Assembly (NCBI GenBank): GCA_027310975.1
Contig: DAICZV010000001.1
Coordinates: 1 to 42,041, forward strand
Origin: a bacterium
GTDB lineage: Bacteria > Patescibacteriota > Minisyncoccia > UBA6257 > GWB1-50-10
Direction: 5' to 3'
Length of the DNA: 42,041 nt
Shown here piece after piece: positions 24,763 through 33,293 of this stretch (position 1 is its first letter; the number at the start of each line of letters is the position of its first letter). Below the pieces are notes generated by a model. The model ran no database searches and had not been told where the DNA came from. It saw only the letters and a program-made list of their open reading frames with translations. The position numbers and the translations under genes were made by a program.

Positions 24763-26253
24763 TTAGAAGCTGGTGAACATTATCCAAGGCATCACCGCCT
24801 TTTGGCCAGTCGCTGCAATAGCTGAAAAAGCGATACTAGCCGGCAAGGTTCCGTTCGTGGCGATTGTCACGCTGTAGATTCCAAGTCCCGGCATGGGCAG
24901 GATGGAACTGGCGGTGTTCAATCCAACGTTGCCGGAATAGGCCGATGCGCCTCCACCCATGATAGAAAACGTCGCGGTAGAATTCCGGACGAGAACCCCG
25001 TACCAGTAATCGCCGGGGGTGAAATTGAAGTTCCCGGTCATGGATATTCTCCGCAGTCCGGCATAAGAACGGGTAATGCTCGCCCCTGAAGGCATTGCGG
25101 TGCTGAACGAGGCGGAAGAAGCCAGGCTGACAAGCGTAGAACTTGCTCCGGCCCCCCGGGTGTAAATTCCCAAACTGGCGGCGATGGAAACCGCGCTCGC
25201 TGTCGCCGCAGAGGCGCCCGATACCATGATGGCCGCATTCGTAGCGCTGATTGCGACCGGCATATGCATCGGGGCTACTGCTAAAGTGCTCACGCCTATA
25301 ACGCCGCCATTGCTCCAGATCCCTGACGGGTAGTTCCATTGGTTTAAGGTGGCTCCCCCGCCGCCGCCCGCCGGGGCGCTCAAGGAGATTGTGTTCCCGT
25401 TCTGAGTGATGCCGACATTCGCCACGTTTGAAATGCTCACGACGCCGGAGGATATCGGCGAGGCGCCGCCGGCCTGGATGCCAGCGATGGTGGTTGAGGC
25501 GTTAGAAATCGCTTGGATGTGGCCGGCTTCGCAGACGAGAGCGCGCGTCATGGCCGAATCGTACCAGAGTGCTCCGTTAAAAGAGCATGTTCCGTTGATG
25601 CTCTCGTCGCCCGTGGTATTGTTCACGTCTAATGAAAGGAAGGTCAGAGTTGAGCTTGTTTGGCCTGCGCCAGCCGCTCCGATTTGAACTTTCTGTGTGA
25701 CGTTCGTCCGGATAGAGCTACCGTAGACATTAGAGGCGGTTTGGGACCAGGCGTCGGAAACTATCTGCTGGCGCGGCGCCAGGGTCTCCAGCCCGGTGGC
25801 GCACGTGAGGGACGATGTAGAAACCTGGACCTGGAGGTAGTAAGTAGAAGTGGACATGAAGTCCAGCGTCGCAAGAGAATCTATCCGGCCGATCTGGTCC
25901 GAGAATATTCCGTCCGTGACGGTCGTCGTGGAATTGCCGGGCGTACCGGCCGGCCAAAGCTGGTTGCCGCTCGTTTGGGCGTCCCAGATGGAATAGCGGA
26001 AGCAGTAGACGCTCCCCGCTCCGCCCAAGGGATTGCCGGATGTGTCCGTGAGACGCCCCTGGTAGGAAATGTAGTCAGGTACGCCGGGCTGGGCTCCCGC
26101 GGGGAGGGGGGCGAATATTTTTCCGGCGATCGCGAGATACAAAAAGAAAGAAAAGACCGCTTCCGCGATGACGATCATAACCACGGCCAATTTGCCGTTC
26201 CTTTTGGCGACCTTAAGCTTAACGCCCTTCTTTTTATCCACGGACAGGCTCAT
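24763..26253 (-). CDS. Membrane-anchored or secreted fibre/adhesin-like protein
   Basis: N-terminal TM helix, ISYQGRLTD domain, Gly-rich hinge, Ser/Thr/Ala-rich C-terminal domain. Confidence 0.6.
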   Translation of the reverse strand: MSLSVDKKKGVKLKVAKRNGKLAVVMIVIAEAVFSFFLYLAIAGKIFAPLPAGAQPGVPDYISYQGRLTDTSGNPLGGAGSVYCFRYSIWDAQTSGNQLWPAGTPGNSTTTVTDGIFSDQIGRIDSLATLDFMSTSTYYLQVQVSTSSLTCATGLETLAPRQQIVSDAWSQTASNVYGSSIRTNVTQKVQIGAAGAGQTSSTLTFLSLDVNNTTGDESINGTCSFNGALWYDSAMTRALVCEAGHIQAISNASTTIAGIQAGGASPISSGVVSISNVANVGITQNGNTISLSAPAGGGGGATLNQWNYPSGIWSNGGVIGVSTLAVAPMHMPVAISATNAAIMVSGASAATASAVSIAASLGIYTRGAGASSTLVSLASSASFSTAMPSGASITRSYAGLRRISMTGNFNFTPGDYWYGVLVRNSTATFSIMGGGASAYSGNVGLNTASSILPMPGLGIYSVTIATNGTLPASIAFSAIAATGQKAVMPWIMFTSF

Positions 26254-26257
26254 AGAT

Positions 26258-26890
26258 TTAAAATTTTAAATTATCCGCGGCGGCGTGCGTCGCTTCGTAA
26301 GCTTTTTTGAACAGGTCCTTCAACTCTTTGAGCGGCGGGAGCGCCCGGGCGTTATAGTGAGCATTGTGATGGATAACGAACTCCAGGGGCGCCGTGACCT
26401 TGGTGAAATAGGCGTCGGTTCGCCGGCCGCTCTTTTCGGCGGATGTCCATTGGTAGCCGAGGTCCAAAAGACTCTCGCCGATTGCGAGCGGCATTTTGGA
26501 TATCTCGTTCCAGATGTCCCCGATGCGGATGATATCGGCTGTCTGATAGAAAACGTCAAAGTTGAAACCGAAGGCCTCTATCTCCATCGTCCGCTTCTCG
26601 CGTAGCTTATCGTAGGCCTTCGTCATTTCCTCCATGAGGAGCGAATCTTCCGGTTCCAGAGCCCGCAGGTCCTCCGCCCGCAGGCGGTTCCCTTCCCAGG
26701 CGATCTGGAGCTTCAAGACCGGCACGTCCAGGACCTTCGTCCGGACGAGCGGATCGTCCACGAGTTGAACGCCCCGACCGAGATCGCCGGAATAAAGCGC
26801 CGCCATCTCGTCGTTTTCGGGCGGCGGTAAATTCCGGTCGCGGAAGACCAGGACGACATTGCTTTTGTGGAGCGATTTGGAATTTATCAT
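26258..26890 (-). CDS. Hypothetical cytoplasmic protein (210 aa)
   Basis: Tightly coupled to its neighbours (ATGA overlap, 4-nt gap); plausible globular composition. Confidence 0.7.
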   Translation of the reverse strand: MINSKSLHKSNVVLVFRDRNLPPPENDEMAALYSGDLGRGVQLVDDPLVRTKVLDVPVLKLQIAWEGNRLRAEDLRALEPEDSLLMEEMTKAYDKLREKRTMEIEAFGFNFDVFYQTADIIRIGDIWNEISKMPLAIGESLLDLGYQWTSAEKSGRRTDAYFTKVTAPLEFVIHHNAHYNARALPPLKELKDLFKKAYEATHAAADNLKF

Positions 26891-28404
26891 TGGCTTGCGG
26901 TGAAGGAGATTTGGAACATTCCCGGGCGCGGTTGCCAGGAACCCCTGGTTCCTTGGTCGCCCACAATCAGATAATATGCCGCGCTCTTCAGTTCGGAAGG
27001 CAGGTCGTTATCGGAAATTGTGCGGCTGAACTCGCCGTTCTCGCACCGGAAGGCCTTGTTGAAAATAGCCGAAGAGGGGTCGGTGATGTAATCGTTCGGG
27101 TGCGTGAAGACAAGAATGGTGTAATAAGCGTTCATGCAGGTTCCTTCTATTTGGATGACGTTCTGGCCGACAAGCGTTACGGCTGGCAAGGCGTCGTTCG
27201 TAATACGGTCGGTTTGAATATTCCGTTCCGATGCCCAAGGCATTGGCCCGCTCAATATGTTCTGAATGGAATCAAGGGTGAAAGAATAACGGTGCGCAGG
27301 TGGGACGCTAAGAGTAGGCTGAATGGCTTGGTCTTGGGTGCCGGTGGCGATTTCCGGTTGGCCGTTTAAAGCGTTCGTGACGGCATCGGCAACATTGCTT
27401 ATGACGCCGCTCACCGCATCCGTTAGGTTCGCGGCTGCGTCCAGGGCGGCGTTCGCCCCGGATTTGAGCGTGTCCACGATGGACTGGTCATAGTCCACCT
27501 GGAGCCACATGCCATCCAATTGGACGGTCGGCATATCCACTGTCGGTAGCGGGTTCAGCTGAATTTGGATGTTATCAATGTCAGTCCACGAGCTGACGGG
27601 GATATTGAACGTTAGGTCCTGCCAATTATCCCGGCTCACTTCGCCCAAGGTCTGCCAATTTTGACCGTCCAGGGAGTAGCTCGCTTCTAAGAACCCCGGC
27701 GCGGGCGGGGTTTGGGCCGCGGCGCGATTCAAAAAGATTCCAGCGATGAAGTTGCCTACGCCGTCCAGGAAAGATGTCGTTGTCGCGGTCGTTGTGGCAT
27801 CTGGCGTGCCGGCGTCGGGTGTGCTAGATGTCGCCGTTGATGTCGTAAGGTCGGATGCGGTGGACGAAGCTTCAATTAATAAAACAGCGGACACATCCGA
27901 AGTGGTGGATGTGTCCGAAGTGGAAGAAACGGCTGCGGCTACGCCGGAGGCGTCCGCAGGAGCGGATGAGGTTGAATCGGATGACGATGAGGTTTGGTCT
28001 CCGAAGACTGGCGGCGAGGCATCGGTCGTTGATGAAGCGGTTGAACTGTTGATGACGGCATTCCAAGCTTGGCTGTCCGCATCCACGGAGATGGCCGCCG
28101 GCGGAGCGTTCGCTACGATATTCCAGGCAAAACTTAGAATGACCTTGGTCGGCGATTCGGACTGATCATTGGATTTGAAATAGCCGCAGAATATCTGAGC
28201 CGCGGTTTGGTTCAAGACCGCCGGATTGCCGTCCGGCTCCCCCGCCGCATTCCCCGGATTTTGCCAACCGCCCAGGCAGACGGTCGGGTAGGCATTCAAT
28301 GAAGCTGCTTGAGCCCGATTGAGCGAAACCTCTTTTTTGGCCGGCAAAAAAAGAAGCAGAAATAACGTCCCTATGGCGAACGCCCGCAAGAGCCCTCTTT
28401 TCAT
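26887..28404 (-). CDS. Secreted Ser/Thr-rich surface protein
   Basis: Signal peptide; long S/T/D/A low-complexity tract; C-terminal domain shared with 20042..20539. Confidence 0.75.
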   Translation of the reverse strand: MKRGLLRAFAIGTLFLLLFLPAKKEVSLNRAQAASLNAYPTVCLGGWQNPGNAAGEPDGNPAVLNQTAAQIFCGYFKSNDQSESPTKVILSFAWNIVANAPPAAISVDADSQAWNAVINSSTASSTTDASPPVFGDQTSSSSDSTSSAPADASGVAAAVSSTSDTSTTSDVSAVLLIEASSTASDLTTSTATSSTPDAGTPDATTTATTTSFLDGVGNFIAGIFLNRAAAQTPPAPGFLEASYSLDGQNWQTLGEVSRDNWQDLTFNIPVSSWTDIDNIQIQLNPLPTVDMPTVQLDGMWLQVDYDQSIVDTLKSGANAALDAAANLTDAVSGVISNVADAVTNALNGQPEIATGTQDQAIQPTLSVPPAHRYSFTLDSIQNILSGPMPWASERNIQTDRITNDALPAVTLVGQNVIQIEGTCMNAYYTILVFTHPNDYITDPSSAIFNKAFRCENGEFSRTISDNDLPSELKSAAYYLIVGDQGTRGSWQPRPGMFQISFTASQ

Positions 28405-28477
28405 TGGGTTTATTTAATTTTAGCACAACGCGGCGCGAAAAAACCGGCCTTAAGCCGGTTTAATCGCTGTTAGCATA

Positions 28478-29257
28478 TCACTTCATCGTGAAGGTCGCGT
28501 GGACGAGATAAGTAATGAGCTTTTCAATGGAGGTTGTGTCGTAATAGCCGTAATCCGAGACCTGGGTGGAGTTCACGGGCGTGATCTGCGTGACGCCGAT
28601 ACTGGACGAGCGCAGGTTCCCGACTGAGGCGCCCACTCCCTCCGTGATGGATAGGGCCCGCGCTTTGGCATCGCTTAAGGCCTCCGCGAGCATGCCGCTC
28701 CGGATTCCGTCCAAAGTCGTGTTGGATATGTAGTATTCCGGATTCTGGCTCGTGAAGACCATCCCCTGGCTCACGAAATACTGGGAAGCGTCCTGAGCGA
28801 GTTTGGTCACGCCGTCCACATTACTGGATTCAACGAGGATGTCTTGCGAGAGGTCATAACCGGAAAGCGTGCCGGACATGCCGCCGTAGAACTTGCCGGT
28901 CACGACGCCGTTCTGGGTCTGGTAGACCGGGTTCACGACGAGCGGGCTCACGGTTATGTCAGAGGTTGCGACGCCGTTCTTCTCAAAATAGGCCAGAACC
29001 GCGTTCAGGTCGGATTGCATGGCCGCCGAACCGGATTTTAAGTCGGCCGTCGCCGGTCCGGCCTGTTCCGATATATTGCTCCGCCATTTAACGTCATCGG
29101 ACTTCAGTTCTTTCGTGGCCACGCCCGAAACGGTGATGATGGCGTTGTCGTATGTCTTAACGTAATTGATGACGTAGCCGACGATTACGGCGACGATGAT
29201 AAGGCTCGCTCCGAGGATTATGCCGAATGGTATTAACTTGGATTTATTCTCGTTCAT
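28478..29257 (-). CDS. SIMPL (DUF541) domain protein
   Basis: ITVSGVA, ALSDAKARA, GNLRSSSIGVTQIT and YDTTSIEK motifs. Confidence 0.85.
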   Translation of the reverse strand: MNENKSKLIPFGIILGASLIIVAVIVGYVINYVKTYDNAIITVSGVATKELKSDDVKWRSNISEQAGPATADLKSGSAAMQSDLNAVLAYFEKNGVATSDITVSPLVVNPVYQTQNGVVTGKFYGGMSGTLSGYDLSQDILVESSNVDGVTKLAQDASQYFVSQGMVFTSQNPEYYISNTTLDGIRSGMLAEALSDAKARALSITEGVGASVGNLRSSSIGVTQITPVNSTQVSDYGYYDTTSIEKLITYLVHATFTMK

Positions 29258-29277
29258 AAAGTTATTGTATCACGCGC

Positions 29278-29814
29278 CTATTGTTTTATCTCGACCAGCG
29301 CTCCACCTTGGACGGCAAAATATTTGGAAACTCCCAAGGAAGGCCGGGTCGTCATCGGCTCGCCCGGATATCGGTCGGCGTAGTTAACCAAAATCACTCC
29401 GTTATTAATTGAAATGTTCTGCGGGGCGATGCGGTCTCCCAAGTAGAAAGCGTTTGTGCCCATGGTGCCCTGGCTGCTGTTTAAAGCCGCCGCGACATAG
29501 AAGAAGGTTCCGCTTCCGCCGCTATCCTGCGTAATGAGCATGGCGGCATCCGGCCGGCCGTCGCCATTCAAATCGCCCGAGGCGGGCGTGCCGAAGATGC
29601 GCGTCGTGACCATTAAGGCCGAGCCGGGCGCGGCGGGCGTTTGCGAAAAGCCGTTCAAAAGCGCGACGTTCTGGCCGTTGATGACATAGGTTGCGTTTTG
29701 CGGGTCAAAACTCACGGCCACCGGTGCGGCCGGCGCCGGAGTGTACACATATATAAGACCGATACCGGCCGCGATGACCAGGCCGGCGATGATTAATTGC
29801 CATTCCCTCTTCAT
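29278..29814 (-). CDS. Hypothetical membrane-anchored protein
   Basis: Start reassigned to MKREWQ, downstream of the tRNA; N-terminal TM helix; GDLNGDG and GGSGTFFY motifs. Confidence 0.75.
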   Translation of the reverse strand: MKREWQLIIAGLVIAAGIGLIYVYTPAPAAPVAVSFDPQNATYVINGQNVALLNGFSQTPAAPGSALMVTTRIFGTPASGDLNGDGRPDAAMLITQDSGGSGTFFYVAAALNSSQGTMGTNAFYLGDRIAPQNISINNGVILVNYADRYPGEPMTTRPSLGVSKYFAVQGGALVEIKQ

Positions 29815-29835
29815 TACTTGTATTGTAGCAAATTG

Positions 29836-29918
29836 TGCCCAGGAGAGGACTCGAACCTCCATGCCTTGCGGCGCTATCACCTCAAGATAGTGCGTGTACC
29901 AAGTTTCGCCACCTGGGC
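29836..29918 (-). tRNA. tRNA-Leu(GAG)
   Basis: Acceptor GCCCAGG/CCTGGGC, anticodon arm CTATC-TTGAGGT-GATAG, long variable arm, T loop GTTCGAGTC. Confidence 0.95.
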
Positions 29919-29922
29919 ATTT

Positions 29923-30585
29923 TTATAGCGCCTTCCCGATGCTTTTAAGAACTTTTTCTATTTTTGTCCGCTTTCTGGAAAGGCAAACTACGCCATCATC
30001 ATAATATAACTTAGGCAATAACTTCAAGGAATCCGCTTTCGCGTATTTTAGCTGGTATACAGAATCGTTGATGCTTTTAGTGATATGGCCGCTTATGCCC
30101 AGGTGCTTCTTTATTTTGGATCGTAGCCATTCAATGTGCATCTTGCTGGCCGAATCAAAACATGTATAGAACATAAAGCTGGAGCGCCAGCGCGGGTCCC
30201 AATAGGAATAAAAGGTGCCGTCACCGTCAAAATGCCCGCGCAAAAAATCAAAGAAATACTTATTTGGTACTGTTATGCCACGAAGCGTTTTTGACTTATG
30301 GGGCGTTAGACCGATGGAGATGAGAAATCTAAAAAACAAGACATCCCCGAATTGCACCCTTAATGCCGGATTAATGCTCCCGACGTTGTGATTACCAATG
30401 CTATTGGTCAGACCCAAGCATCCGATGAAATTATCTATTTGTTCTTTATCTTTTGAAACTAGTGAGATGTGACGCTTGTCGGACGAAAGGCAACCGTCAG
30501 TCGTGATTAGGCCGATCGCGTAAGCGAACTTGGGCGACCACTGGATGGCCACCTTCCCTTGGGGTTTAGTTCCCCTCCTTCCCAT
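29923..30585 (-). CDS. LAGLIDADG homing-endonuclease-family protein (two motifs)
   Basis: AYAIGLITTDG and FLRGHFDGDG motifs; AT-richer than the flanking genes; ends 4 nt before tRNA-Leu. Confidence 0.88.
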   Translation of the reverse strand: MGRRGTKPQGKVAIQWSPKFAYAIGLITTDGCLSSDKRHISLVSKDKEQIDNFIGCLGLTNSIGNHNVGSINPALRVQFGDVLFFRFLISIGLTPHKSKTLRGITVPNKYFFDFLRGHFDGDGTFYSYWDPRWRSSFMFYTCFDSASKMHIEWLRSKIKKHLGISGHITKSINDSVYQLKYAKADSLKLLPKLYYDDGVVCLSRKRTKIEKVLKSIGKAL

Positions 30586-30598
30586 ACGCTTTAATTAT

Positions 30599-30621
30599 AC
30601 CTCAAGGTAATAGCGTATACC
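30599..30621 (-). pseudogene. 5' fragment of a tRNA-Leu(GAG) (D loop to anticodon loop)
   Basis: GGTATACGCTATTACCTTGAGGT versus GGTACACGC-ACTATCTTGAGGT in the intact tRNA. Confidence 0.55.
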
Positions 30622-30649
30622 GTTAATAATTTAACAAAAAACCGCCTGG

Positions 30650-30976
30650 CTAGGCGGTCGTTTTGAGCTTCTCGCGGACCTGCTTATGGGAAAGCTCGCG
30701 GACGAAGTAGAGCTTGGAACGGTGGACCTTCCGTGCCACGGAAAGGACGCTAAGCTTCGCGATCATAGGCGAATGGATGGGATAGACCTTCTCCACGCCC
30801 ACGTCGTGAAGCGTCGCCCGAACGGTGAACGAGGCGCCGGCCTCGCTGCCGTGCTTCCGCGCGATTACCAGGCCTTCAAAGACGCTCTGGCGCTCCTTAT
30901 CGCCTTCTTTAACGCGTTCGGTCACCCGGACCTTGGCGCCGGGCCTTATTTTTTCCAATATCTTCTCGTCAATCAT
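30650..30976 (-). CDS. rplS: 50S ribosomal protein L19
   Basis: KEGDKERQSVFEG, FTVR, GVEKVYP and RSKLYFVR motifs. Confidence 0.95.
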   Translation of the reverse strand: MIDEKILEKIRPGAKVRVTERVKEGDKERQSVFEGLVIARKHGSEAGASFTVRATLHDVGVEKVYPIHSPMIAKLSVLSVARKVHRSKLYFVRELSHKQVREKLKTTA

Positions 30977-31010
30977 AGTCTTTGGAGTTTAACAGCTTAT
31001 CGGAACCGCG

Positions 31011-31778
31011 TCAATCGTACGAGACCGTCTCCTCCTCTGCCTCCTTGGCTTCGTGGAGGCCCCGCAAAAAGTCCTGCAGATCTTCCGGCAATTCCGCCTC
31101 TATCTTCAGCCGGCTGCCGTCCGCGAGCGTGAACTCCACCGCTCCGGCGTGGAGGAACTGGCGCGCGAGGCCGAGCTTTTTGTCTTCCTTGGGCCGGCCG
31201 TAGAGCGCGTCCCCGACGATGGGGTGGCCGATCGCCGCAAGGTGCACCCGGATCTGGTGCGTCCGCCCGGTTTGGGGCGTGACTTCCAGCAGGGTGTAAA
31301 TGTCCGGGCCGCTTTTGAGGACCTTAAGAACCCGGTAGGCCGTCACGGCGTCCTTCACCATCTTCATGCCGGGCGCGTTCACGCTCCTTTTGACCGACCC
31401 GGACTTGAGGCCGATGGGCTTTTCTATCTTTCCCCGGCCGGCCATCCGGCCCCGCACCAGGGCGATATACGTTTTTTGAACTTCGTGCTTCTGAAAGAGG
31501 CCTTTCAGGTACTCAAACGTCGGCTGGTTTTTGGCAATGAGGACAATGCCGGAGGTATCCTCGTCCAGGCGATGGACGATACCCGGACGCAGGTTCGGCT
31601 CGTCCCCGACCTCCCGGGCTTCCGGATAGCGTGATTTTATCCAATCCGTGAGTACATTCTCCGTCTGGGAGGCCTTAGGCCCCTTTTCCGGCCTATGGAC
31701 GAGCACCCCGGCCGGCTTATTTACAGCCAGGAGGTCGTCGTTCTCGTATATGACGTGAAGACCGTCTAAATGGTCCAT
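31011..31778 (-). CDS. RluA-family pseudouridine synthase
   Basis: NKPAG, HRLDEDTSG, TGRTHQIRVH, HPIVGD and FLHA motifs. Confidence 0.93.
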   Translation of the reverse strand: MDHLDGLHVIYENDDLLAVNKPAGVLVHRPEKGPKASQTENVLTDWIKSRYPEAREVGDEPNLRPGIVHRLDEDTSGIVLIAKNQPTFEYLKGLFQKHEVQKTYIALVRGRMAGRGKIEKPIGLKSGSVKRSVNAPGMKMVKDAVTAYRVLKVLKSGPDIYTLLEVTPQTGRTHQIRVHLAAIGHPIVGDALYGRPKEDKKLGLARQFLHAGAVEFTLADGSRLKIEAELPEDLQDFLRGLHEAKEAEEETVSYD

Positions 31779-31906
31779 AAAGCCATTATAGGCCTCATTT
31801 TAAGCGGTTTCCAGAGGTTTCTATTGACTTTTAGGCCAGTTATGATAGAATACGCCTACAATCCCCAAGGTCGGGGGTTTTTGTTTAGAAGAGAAATAAC
31901 AAATCA

Positions 31907-32377
31907 ATGAAACGATTTTTAACGCCGCTTATCTTGGGCGTTTTGCTTATCCGGCCGATACCGGTGGATTATGCCCAGACTATGAGCCCGACGGCCTCCA
32001 CGACGGCCAAGACCGCCGCTTCCACGGTCGCAATGGCCGCGAAGCCGCGCCTGGTCGCCATCCAAGAGACCGAAGTTTGGGTGACGGCTTACGCGAGCGT
32101 CCCCCAGGAGACTGACGATACACCGTTCATCACGGCGTCCAATAAGCACGTGGCGGACGGATTCATCGCCGCTAACTTCCTGCCCTTCGGCACCAAAGTC
32201 CAAATCCCTTCCCTTTTCGGTGACAAGATCTTCACGGTTGAAGACCGGATGGCCCGCCGGATGGTCGGCTACGTGGATATCTGGATGCCGACCGTTTCGG
32301 CCGCCAAGGACTTCGGCATCCACAAGGCGCAGATAGTCGTCCTGGGCGATCCGGGAACGAACCTCGCCGAGAACTAA
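31907..32377 (+). CDS. 3D-domain (MltA-like) secreted protein
   Basis: TAY...TDDTPFITAS, LPFGTKV, VEDR and DIWM motifs; promoter TTGACT-16-TAGAAT at 31824-31851. Confidence 0.85.
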   Translation: MKRFLTPLILGVLLIRPIPVDYAQTMSPTASTTAKTAASTVAMAAKPRLVAIQETEVWVTAYASVPQETDDTPFITASNKHVADGFIAANFLPFGTKVQIPSLFGDKIFTVEDRMARRMVGYVDIWMPTVSAAKDFGIHKAQIVVLGDPGTNLAEN

Positions 32378-32388
32378 CACGCCGAATT

Positions 32389-32416
32389 AAAAGACCGCCC
32401 AAGAGGCGGTCTTTTT
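32389..32416. terminator. Bidirectional intrinsic terminator
   Basis: AAAAGACCGCC-CAAGA-GGCGGTCTTTT between convergent genes. Confidence 0.8.
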
Positions 32417-32424
32417 GTTTCCAG

Positions 32425-33057
32425 TCAATCTGCGAAGCTCATGTCGTTCCCGATTTCGTAAACATTGGGATATAACCCGCCGTCCTTGGTTACCACTTCG
32501 GTCGCCGGGTTTACGTAAAACTTGACGCTTTCCATCCGCGTTTCAAATTTGTACTGGTGCGCATCCTGGATGAGGTAATATCCGCAAGTATAACGGGCGC
32601 CGTTATAACCGCCGTCCGGGCTGTACTGCCCTCCCGGACAGACGCCATTGTTATTCGGGTCCATCGGCAGACGGGAGATCGGCGAGCCTGCGGTGATGAT
32701 GCCGAAATTGATGTCCACCCACCCCGTTCCGTCAACGGCCGTTGAAGTGCTCAGGATGTCCGGAGTATTACAGTTGCCGGGCGTGCAGTCGGCCGTGCCG
32801 ATAATTGCCGTCGTCCAAAGCGGGCTGTTCAATGTGCCGGCCAGATACAGAGCGACGGCCTTATTCAACGTGGCCAAGTCCGATAACCTCGTTGAGTCCC
32901 GGCCCTCCTTCAAGAGCTCGGCCGGGTTCAAGATAAGCACGACCGCAACGGTCAAAACGGCCAGTATTGCTATGACCACCAGAAGCTCTATCAAGGTTAA
33001 CCCCCGGCTTGGATGAGACGGCGGCTTGTCCCTAAAGAGAACGCCGCGTATTTTCAT
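32425..33057 (-). CDS. Type IV pilin-like protein
   Basis: Prepilin cleavage motif G-LTLIELLVVIAILAVL, followed by RDSTRLSDL; exact start uncertain. Confidence 0.88.
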   Translation of the reverse strand: MKIRGVLFRDKPPSHPSRGLTLIELLVVIAILAVLTVAVVLILNPAELLKEGRDSTRLSDLATLNKAVALYLAGTLNSPLWTTAIIGTADCTPGNCNTPDILSTSTAVDGTGWVDINFGIITAGSPISRLPMDPNNNGVCPGGQYSPDGGYNGARYTCGYYLIQDAHQYKFETRMESVKFYVNPATEVVTKDGGLYPNVYEIGNDMSFAD

Positions 33058-33079
33058 GTTCACTGGTTTATTATAGCTC

Positions 33080-33105
33080 AACGCTCCGCCAGTCGGCGGA
33101 GCGTT
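33080..33105. repeat. REP-like palindrome or terminator
   Basis: AACGCTCCGCC-AGTC-GGCGGAGCGTT. Confidence 0.6.
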
Positions 33106-33124
33106 ACCTTGAATGAGGAGCGAA

Positions 33125-33195
33125 TGGTGGACCGTACCGGAATCGAACCCCGCAGTATACGCCTGCGGCGTAACTACGGGGCAGGCCGCTGACCT
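33125..33195 (-). pseudogene. 3' relic of a tRNA-Ala-like gene with a T-arm insertion
   Basis: AGGTCAGCGG[38-bp element]TTCGATTCCGGTACGGTCCACCA. Confidence 0.7.
33148..33185 (-). repeat. 38-bp palindromic element, copy 2
   Basis: CCTGCCCCGTAGTTACGCCGCAGGCGTATACTGCGGGG. Confidence 0.8.
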
Positions 33196-33198
33196 TTG

Positions 33199-33270
33199 TG
33201 GACCCGAGGAGAATTGGACTCCTGACCTCCGCTTTGCAAAAGCGGCGTTCTACCACTGAACTACGGGCCC
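33199..33270 (-). tRNA. tRNA-Ala(TGC)
   Basis: G3:U70 acceptor GGGCCCG/CGGGTCC; anticodon arm CCGCT-TTTGCAA-AGCGG; atypical T loop TCCAATT. Confidence 0.92.
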
Positions 33271-33293
33271 AACTATTGTGGGCGTGGAAGGAA

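Noticed and set aside
29815..29880. N-terminal extensions in the ORF track (29278..29880; also truB to 6970, 13286..15226 and rplR to 41558)
   Set aside because: They run into tRNA genes, tRNA relics or upstream CDSs; downstream ATGs give the family-typical starts.
29836..30621. Group I intron in tRNA-Leu encoding the LAGLIDADG protein
   Set aside because: The tRNA is complete and uninterrupted, and there is no room for an intron core on either side of the ORF.
33125..33195. Integrase attachment site (attR) of a prophage or island at tRNA-Ala
   Set aside because: The fragment is adjacent to the tRNA with no intervening island or integrase, and it diverges from the intact copy.
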